A DNA stretch of 4,141 bases from a virus. Lineage: Duplodnaviria > Heunggongvirae > Uroviricota > Caudoviricetes. Below, one piece after another: positions 1 to 4,141 of the stretch (position 1 is its first letter; every line of letters begins with the position of its first letter). The stretch lies in the IMG/VR virus record IMGVR_UViG_2671181106_000002; one strand, written 5' to 3'. The position numbers and the translations under genes were made by a program. The notes under the pieces were generated by a model. The model was given only the letters and a program-made list of their open reading frames with translations. It was not told the DNA's origin and searched no databases.

Positions 1-959
1 TTCCCGAGAGTGGTAAAGGAGAGGCCCTGGAAATACCCCACAGCCCCGAAAAAGAGCCAGTCAGTTGCTTAACTGACTGGCATTACAGCAAACTGGAGGA
101 GTTTTCGAAAGAGTGGAAAGACGCCAACGATAAATGGAATGCCATGTGGGGCGTCAAAATTGAGCAGACCGAAGACGGCAGGCATTATGTCGCGGGTATT
201 GGCCTCAGCATGGAGGATACGGAGGAAGGCAAACTGAGCCAGTTCCTGGTTGCCGCTAACCGTATCGCGTTTATTGACCCGGCAAACGGGAGTGAAACGC
301 CGATGTTTGTGGCGCAGGGCAACCAGATATTCATGAACGAAGTGTTCCTGAAGTATCTGACGGCTCCCACCATTACCAGCGGCGGCAATCCGCCGGTATT
401 TTCCCTGACACCGGACGGGCGGTTGACGGCGAAAAATGCCGATATCAGCGGTAACGTGAATGCGAACTCAGGGACGCTCAATAATGTCACGATTAACCAG
501 AACTGTCGGATTCTGGGAAAACTGTCTGCCAACCAGATTGAAGGTGATATTGTCAAAACGGTGGGAAAAGCCTTTCCGAGAAATGGCAGTTATGCCAGCG
601 GTACAATAACGGTCACTGTGTACGATGACCAGGCTTTTGACCGTCAGATAGTAATCCCACCCGTTCTGTTTCGCGGTGGTAAGCATGAAAACTTCAACAG
701 CAACAACCAACAGTCATACTGGTATTCAACCTGTAAGCTGCAGGTACTGAAGAACGGACAGGAAATCTTTCAGCAACCCGCGACGGATGTCAGCAGGGTA
801 TTTTCATCCGTCATTGATATGCCAGCGGGACACGGCCATGTCACCCTGACTTTCAATGTTTCTTCATATGGTGCAAATAACTGGACGCCAACGACCAGTA
901 TCAGCGACCTTCTTGTTGTCGTGATGAAGAAATCAACAGCCGGTATCAGTATCAGTTGA
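1..959 (+). CDS. J: Central tail fibre / host specificity protein J, C-terminal part (5'-truncated by window edge)
   Basis: Frame 3 is open from position 3 with no stop until TGA at 957-959; the listed ORF 144..959 is only the part after the first in-frame ATG. The translation ([48 protein letters not shown]...[15 protein letters not shown]...IDMPAG.G...) matches my recollection of the C-terminal receptor-binding region of phage lambda gpJ, including its characteristic ending (...KK...GISI/V). The last ~170 residues look more diverged than the first part. Confidence 0.9.
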   Translation, partial: PESGKGEALEIPHSPEKEPVSCLTDWHYSKLEEFSKEWKDANDKWNAMWGVKIEQTEDGRHYVAGIGLSMEDTEEGKLSQFLVAANRIAFIDPANGSETPMFVAQGNQIFMNEVFLKYLTAPTITSGGNPPVFSLTPDGRLTAKNADISGNVNANSGTLNNVTINQNCRILGKLSANQIEGDIVKTVGKAFPRNGSYASGTITVTVYDDQAFDRQIVIPPVLFRGGKHENFNSNNQQSYWYSTCKLQVLKNGQEIFQQPATDVSRVFSSVIDMPAGHGHVTLTFNVSSYGANNWTPTTSISDLLVVVMKKSTAGISIS

Positions 960-977
960 ATTTTATAACCCAAATAC

Positions 978-1006
978 GGGCGCCAGAAATGGCGCCTTTT
1001 TTATTT
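978..1006 (+). terminator. Rho-independent terminator downstream of J (tJ-like)
   Basis: Perfect 6-bp GC-rich inverted repeat GGCGCC (979-984) / GGCGCC (991-996) with a 6-nt loop AGAAAT, followed directly by TTTTTTATTT (997-1006). It lies 20 nt after the J stop codon. Confidence 0.7.
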
Positions 1007-1017
1007 GTGGAGTGAAT

Positions 1018-3078
1018 ATGGCAGTACAGATTTCAGGCGTGCTGAAAGACGGTGCAGGAAAACCAATACAGAACTGTACTATTCAGCTCAAAGCAAAGCG
1101 TAACAGCACCACGGTACTGGTGAACACGGTGGCCTCTGAAAATCCGGATGAAGCCGGGCGTTACAGCATGGATGTTGAGTATGGCCAGTACAGCGTCACC
1201 CTGCTGGTTGAAGGTTTTCCGCCTTCACATGCCGGGACCATTACCGTCTATGAAGGCTCCAGACCAGGTACGCTGAATGATTTTCTCGGTGCCATGACGG
1301 AAGATGATGTCATGCCGGAGGCATTGCGTCGTTTTGAGGTAATGGTGGAGGATGTGGCACGCAACGCTGAAGCCGCCTCTCAGAGCGCAGCGGCAGCAAA
1401 GAAATCAGAAACAGCAGCGGCATCGTCCAGGAACGCGGCGAAAACATCAGAGACGAATGCAGGTAACAGCGCGAAAGCGGCAGCTTCTTCAAAAACAGCC
1501 GCACAAAACGCAGCAACAGCGGCAGAACGTTCAGAGACAAATGCCCGTGCGTCAGAAGAAGCCTCCGCAGACAGTGAAGAGGCTTCCCGCCGTAATGCAG
1601 AGTCAGCCGCTGAAAATGCCGGAGTCGCCACCACAAAAGCGCGGGAGGCTGCAGCAGACGCAACAAAGGCCGGGCAGAAAAAGGATGAGGCTCTGTCGGC
1701 AGCGACACGAGCTGAAAAGGCGGCAGACCGCGCAGAAGCCGCAGCGGAAGTGACTGCAGAGCCCTATGCGAATATAGTGCCGCCGCTGCCTGATGTGTGG
1801 ATACCGTTTAACGATTCACTGGATATGATTGCGGGTTTTTCTCCGGGCTATAAAAAAATAGCTATTGGTGACGATGTGGTTCAGGTCGCCAGTGATAAAC
1901 AGGTTAATTTCAGTCGCGCATCAACGGCAACATATATCAACAAATCTGGCGAACTGAAAACGGCGGAAATTAATGAGCCGCGATTTGAGTGTGATGGCCT
2001 GCTTATTGAGGGACAAAGAACGAACTACATGCTCAATTCGGAAAGTCCAGCCAGCTGGGGGAAGTCATCAAACATGGATGTGCCCGAAACCGGGACGGAT
2101 AGTTTTGGTTTTACTTATGGAAAGTTTGTCTGCAACGATTCTCTGGTTGGGCAAACTTCGGCTATTAATATGGCATCAATTGCTGCAACAAAGTCAGTTG
2201 ATGTCTCAGGCGATAACAAGTACGTGACAACCTCATGCCGTTTTAAAACAGAACGACAGGTAAGGTTACGTATACGGTTTGATAAGTATGATGGTAGTGC
2301 AACAACTTTTCTTGGCGATGCGTACATTGATACGCAAACGCTTGAAATTAATATGACAGGTGGTGCTGCCGGCAGAATTACGGCACGAGTCAGGAAGGAT
2401 AAGACCACGGGCTGGATTTTTGCAGAGGCAACGATTCAGGCAATTGATGGTGAGTTAAAAATAGGCTCTCAGATACAGTATTCTCCTGAGCAGGGTGGGG
2501 CAACAGTATCTGGTGACTATATTTATCTTGCCACCCCACAAGTAGAGAATGGGCCGTGTGTATCATCATTTATTATTTCAGGAGGCAGCGCAACGACAAG
2601 AGCCAGTGATTTGGTTAGTATCCCCACCAGAAATAATCTTTATAAGTTACCATTTACTTTTTTACTTGAGATTCATAAAAACTGGGATATTGCACCAAAC
2701 GCCGCACCCCGCGTGTGGGATATAGCAGCAGCCAATACCGGGCAATCAGCAATTGCAGCAATCAACAGAGGTAGTGGTAAGTTATATATGAGTCTGTCAA
2801 ACCCTTCAGGCTCGTATGTTAATAGCGCAGCGACAGATGTATTTGCAGAGAAAACCACATTTGGATGTATTGCAAAAGCTGATGGTCACTTTCATGTGGT
2901 GACAAATGGTAAAGCGGTTAATGAAGTTTATTGTGAATATAATGGCGTGACCGCTGATAAAAATATCCGATTTGGAGGGCAGACGAATACTGGAGAACGA
3001 CATCTGTTTGGCCATATTCGCAATTTCCGCATATGGCATAAAGAATTAAATGACAGGCAATTAAAAGAGGTCGTATGA
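1018..3078 (+). CDS. stf: Side tail fibre protein (Stf-like) with mosaic C-terminal receptor-binding module
   Basis: 686-codon ORF. ATG at 1018 is preceded by GGAG (1009-1012) with a 5-nt spacer; the track's ORF begins 6 nt earlier at an in-frame GTG (1012). N-terminus MAVQISGVLKDGAGKPIQNCTIQLKA...GRYSMDVEYGQYSV...FPPSHAGTITVYE resembles the conserved N-terminal domain of lambda Stf / lambdoid side tail fibres as I recall it. It is followed by an Ala/Ser/Glu-rich region with KTSETNA / RSETNA motifs, also Stf-like. The C-terminal ~440 aa are unrelated to the Gly/His-rich lambda Stf C-terminus. Stop TGA at 3076-3078. Confidence 0.9.
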   Translation: MAVQISGVLKDGAGKPIQNCTIQLKAKRNSTTVLVNTVASENPDEAGRYSMDVEYGQYSVTLLVEGFPPSHAGTITVYEGSRPGTLNDFLGAMTEDDVMPEALRRFEVMVEDVARNAEAASQSAAAAKKSETAAASSRNAAKTSETNAGNSAKAAASSKTAAQNAATAAERSETNARASEEASADSEEASRRNAESAAENAGVATTKAREAAADATKAGQKKDEALSAATRAEKAADRAEAAAEVTAEPYANIVPPLPDVWIPFNDSLDMIAGFSPGYKKIAIGDDVVQVASDKQVNFSRASTATYINKSGELKTAEINEPRFECDGLLIEGQRTNYMLNSESPASWGKSSNMDVPETGTDSFGFTYGKFVCNDSLVGQTSAINMASIAATKSVDVSGDNKYVTTSCRFKTERQVRLRIRFDKYDGSATTFLGDAYIDTQTLEINMTGGAAGRITARVRKDKTTGWIFAEATIQAIDGELKIGSQIQYSPEQGGATVSGDYIYLATPQVENGPCVSSFIISGGSATTRASDLVSIPTRNNLYKLPFTFLLEIHKNWDIAPNAAPRVWDIAAANTGQSAIAAINRGSGKLYMSLSNPSGSYVNSAATDVFAEKTTFGCIAKADGHFHVVTNGKAVNEVYCEYNGVTADKNIRFGGQTNTGERHLFGHIRNFRIWHKELNDRQLKEVV
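1354..1750 (+). repeat. Low-complexity Ala/Ser/Glu-rich degenerate repeat region inside stf (fibre shaft)
   Basis: The protein segment ...EAASQSAAAAKKSETAAASSRNAAKTSETNAGNSAKAAASSKTAAQNAATAAERSETNARASEEAS... has recurring GCx/TCx/GAx codons and repeated DNA words (tcagagacGaatgc at ~1447 and tcagagacAaatgc at ~1533). The region is open in several frames on both strands, which explains the overlapping shadow ORFs 1352..1753 (+), 1310..1708 (-) and 1380..1634 (-). Confidence 0.7.
2540..3075 (+). other. Probable concanavalin A-like / LamG-like lectin domain at the Stf C-terminus (domain annotation inside stf)
   Basis: The C-terminal segment ...GHFHVVTNGKAVNEVYCEYNGVTADKNIRFGGQTNTGERHLFGHIRNFRIWHKELNDRQLKEVV follows the characteristic end pattern of LamG/ConA-like jellyroll domains (core strand 'HxxVVxxG', then 'xxFxGxIxxxRIY/WxxxLxxxEI/L'). 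This is motif-level recognition only and the domain start is approximate. Confidence 0.45.
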
Positions 3079-3353
3079 AAGATTTAACTTTGAAGTTTCA
3101 TGACAAACTGCAGTTTAAGGCCTTCCTGTCATCTCTTGGCTGGGCGGAAGATGAAGACCTCCAGAATAAACTGTTAGTTGATGAAATTGGTTTCACCTAC
3201 ACAGAAACAGGGGTAACAGAAGAGGGAGAACCTGTCTGTATCCGGAATGATGGTTATTTTGTCAACATTCGCATTCTTGATGACTTGTTTGATGTTTCTG
3301 TATTCTCTGATTATGTCGTGGAGCTGGAAACACCGCTTCGGGAATGGAGCTGA
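3075..3353 (+). CDS. Hypothetical small acidic protein (92 aa), translationally coupled to stf; function unknown
   Basis: The ATG at 3075-3077 overlaps the stf stop (ATGA overlap). AAGAGG (3064-3069) lies 5 nt upstream. The ORF ends at TGA 3351-3353. The product MKDLTLKFHDKLQFKAFLSSLGWAEDEDLQNK... is acidic with no hydrophobic segment. Its AT-rich composition matches the 3' part of stf. It does not resemble the lambda Tfa N-terminus as I recall it. Confidence 0.7.
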   Translation: MKDLTLKFHDKLQFKAFLSSLGWAEDEDLQNKLLVDEIGFTYTETGVTEEGEPVCIRNDGYFVNIRILDDLFDVSVFSDYVVELETPLREWS

Positions 3354-3360
3354 AAGGAGG
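3354..3360 (+). promoter_or_regulatory. Shine-Dalgarno sequence for the downstream membrane-protein ORF
   Basis: AAGGAGG at 3354-3360, then a 5-nt spacer (AAATA) and ATG at 3366. It sits immediately after the orf92 stop, giving an operon-like arrangement. Confidence 0.8.
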
Positions 3361-3365
3361 AAATA

Positions 3366-3806
3366 ATGGATATAAGCCCCTTACTTCATGCACTTTGTGC
3401 TGTGGCTGCGCAGATACTGGTTGGTCTTTTTACCGGAAACTGGGCTTACGGAGCGATAGCCGGTTGTACGTTCTTCATTGCGCGTGAACATACCCAGGCA
3501 GAATATCGCTGGATTGAAATGTTCGGGCATGGCAAGCGAATGAATATGCCGTGGTGGGGCGGTTTTGATCCGCGTGCTTGGGATGTGGCAAGCCTGATGG
3601 ATTTTGCTGTGCCGGTGGTGGCGTGTCTGCTGGTCTGGCTGTTGGTTAATCGTGGGCGAAAAAAGGTGAGCTGTATATGCAACGGAGGAAGAAACCCCGT
3701 TGCTGGAAGCCAGGAAAAAGTATCGGGTGTTGCTGTCCTCGGATGTTGTGCTAATTGGGTGATAACAGATCCTGTGTATGGGAGTTTCCCTTTTTGCGTG
3801 CGTTGA
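3366..3806 (+). CDS. Hypothetical small membrane protein (predicted 2-3 transmembrane segments); C-terminal extent uncertain
   Basis: Strong RBS. Hydrophobic stretches at about residues 8-40 (LHALCAVAAQILVGLFTGNWAYGAIAGCTFFIA) and 73-95 (WDVASLMDFAVPVVACLLVWLLV) are followed by basic NRGRKK. The GC-richer composition differs from orf92. The final ~45 codons (VSCICNGGRNPVAGSQEK...FCVR) have an atypical Cys/Gly-rich composition and overlap the 3' end of the convergent permease gene, so the true C-terminus may be shorter or the ORF may be junction-derived. Confidence 0.6.
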   Translation: MDISPLLHALCAVAAQILVGLFTGNWAYGAIAGCTFFIAREHTQAEYRWIEMFGHGKRMNMPWWGGFDPRAWDVASLMDFAVPVVACLLVWLLVNRGRKKVSCICNGGRNPVAGSQEKVSGVAVLGCCANWVITDPVYGSFPFCVR

Positions 3807-4141
3807 TGCTGGTAACGGCAAACGTCATGATGAACAAAACCGCGAATAAGACGACAATCGTCGGAGCTGGTGCGCTGTCGATAAAAAAGGACAACCAGAC
3901 ACCAGTCATTGACACTATTACCGATATGCCAGTCGCCAGTAGGAGCGCAATATGAAAGCGTTGTGTCAGGAGTACCGCAATGGCGCCAGGCGCAATGAGC
4001 AGAGAAATGGAGAGAATGATACCTACCGCTTTCAGCGTCGCCACAATGGTCAGAGAGACCATGCACAGCAGCCCATAATGCAGCCATCTCGTATGCAAAC
4101 CGCTTACCTGCGCCTGTTGATAATCAAAGCTAAACTGCATA
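3751..4141 (-). CDS. sitD: ABC-3 family metal (Mn2+/Fe2+) transporter permease, C-terminal part; SitD-like (5' end lies beyond the window)
   Basis: The minus-strand ORF is open to the window edge, with stop TAG (complement of 3751-3753). The translation ...LHTRWLHYGLLCMVSLTIVATLKAVGIILSISLLIAPGAIAVLLTQRFHIA...FFIDSAPAPTIVVLFAVLFIMTF... has the characteristic C-terminal pattern of ZnuB/MntB/SitD-type permeases (compare ZnuB ...VGALIITSLLIIPAATAR...YDTPAGPSVVLCAALLFIL). sit operons are known to lie next to lambdoid prophage DNA in E. coli/Shigella. The sitD assignment is from memory, not a search. Confidence 0.65.
   Translation of the reverse strand, partial: MQFSFDYQQAQVSGLHTRWLHYGLLCMVSLTIVATLKAVGIILSISLLIAPGAIAVLLTQRFHIALLLATGISVIVSMTGVWLSFFIDSAPAPTIVVLFAVLFIMTFAVTSINARKKGNSHTQDLLSPN

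Noticed and set aside
185-973. Minus-strand ORFs 185..556, 468..710 and 770..973 inside the J coding region
   Set aside because: They lie entirely within, and antisense to, the well-supported J reading frame, have no convincing RBS, and their products look like low-complexity shadow translations.
1012-1017. GTG at 1012 as the stf start codon (as in the ORF track, MNMAVQ...)
   Set aside because: The GGAG Shine-Dalgarno (1009-1012) overlaps this GTG and is optimally spaced for the ATG at 1018, and the protein then begins MAVQISG..., matching the conserved Stf N-terminus. The ATG at 1018 is the more likely start.
1310-1753. ORFs 1352..1753 (+), 1310..1708 (-) and 1380..1634 (-) overlapping the stf Ala-rich region
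   Set aside because: These are artefacts of the GC-rich, repetitive GCN/TCN codon region, which is stop-free in several frames. Their products (e.g. Arg/Gln/Lys-rich MWHATLKPPLRAQRQQRNQKQQRHR...) are shadow translations of the same repeats.
1973-3039. Internal ORFs 1973..2227 (+), 2115..2408 (-), 2673..2858 (-) and 2806..3039 (-) within stf
   Set aside because: They are embedded in the long stf reading frame, which has a strong start context and coherent domain structure. No independent RBS or recognisable protein features.
3678-3702. 7-bp inverted repeat GCAACGG / CCGTTGC with an 11-nt loop as a possible terminator
   Set aside because: The stem is short with a large loop and no adjacent T-run on the + strand; on the - strand the nearest T-run is ~14 nt away. 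It does not meet a canonical intrinsic-terminator pattern.
3676-3762. Short 28-codon ORF (MQRRKKPRCWKPGKSYRVLLSSDVVLIG) in the convergent overlap region
   Set aside because: No Shine-Dalgarno sequence upstream; it lies within the overlap of two larger ORFs; it is too short and featureless to support without expression or conservation data.
3381-4087. Minus-strand ORFs 3381..3821 (146 aa) and 3446..4087 (213 aa), and plus-strand ORF 3755..3955
   Set aside because: They overlap the better-supported membrane-protein gene and the permease gene in alternative frames. Their translations are Arg/His/Ser/Thr-rich with no domain-like features, typical of off-frame readings of GC-rich coding DNA.
1-4141. 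CRISPR arrays, tRNA/rRNA genes, IS elements or integrase/att sites
   Set aside because: No regularly spaced direct repeats, no cloverleaf-like or rRNA-like segments, and no transposase- or integrase-like ORFs or terminal inverted repeats were visible in the window.

Overview
This window reads as the distal (host-range) end of a lambdoid prophage tail module running into a convergently transcribed host-type metal ABC transporter gene. On the + strand: (1) the 3' end of a lambda J-like central tail fibre / host-specificity gene, open from the window edge to 959; (2) a clean intrinsic terminator hairpin plus T-run (978-1006), with no lom-like gene between J and the next gene; (3) a mosaic side tail fibre gene (1018-3078) with a lambda Stf-like N-terminal anchor, an Ala/Ser/Glu-rich shaft with SETNA-type repeats, and an unrelated AT-rich C-terminal module ending in a probable concanavalin-A/LamG-like lectin domain; (4) a translationally coupled 92-aa acidic ORF (3075-3353) I cannot assign to a family; (5) a 146-aa predicted small membrane protein (3366-3806) with a textbook Shine-Dalgarno. 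On the - strand, 3751 to beyond 4141 encodes the C-terminus of an ABC-3 family metal permease that I read as SitD-like; it overlaps the 3' end of the membrane-protein ORF. No classical Tfa chaperone gene follows the fibre gene. The most interesting candidate is the orf92 plus membrane-protein pair at the fibre-distal end, a typical position for fibre-chaperone or superinfection-exclusion/defence morons. Everything rests on reading the sequence and ORF translations by eye; no searches or computations were run, and family assignments come from recalled motifs.
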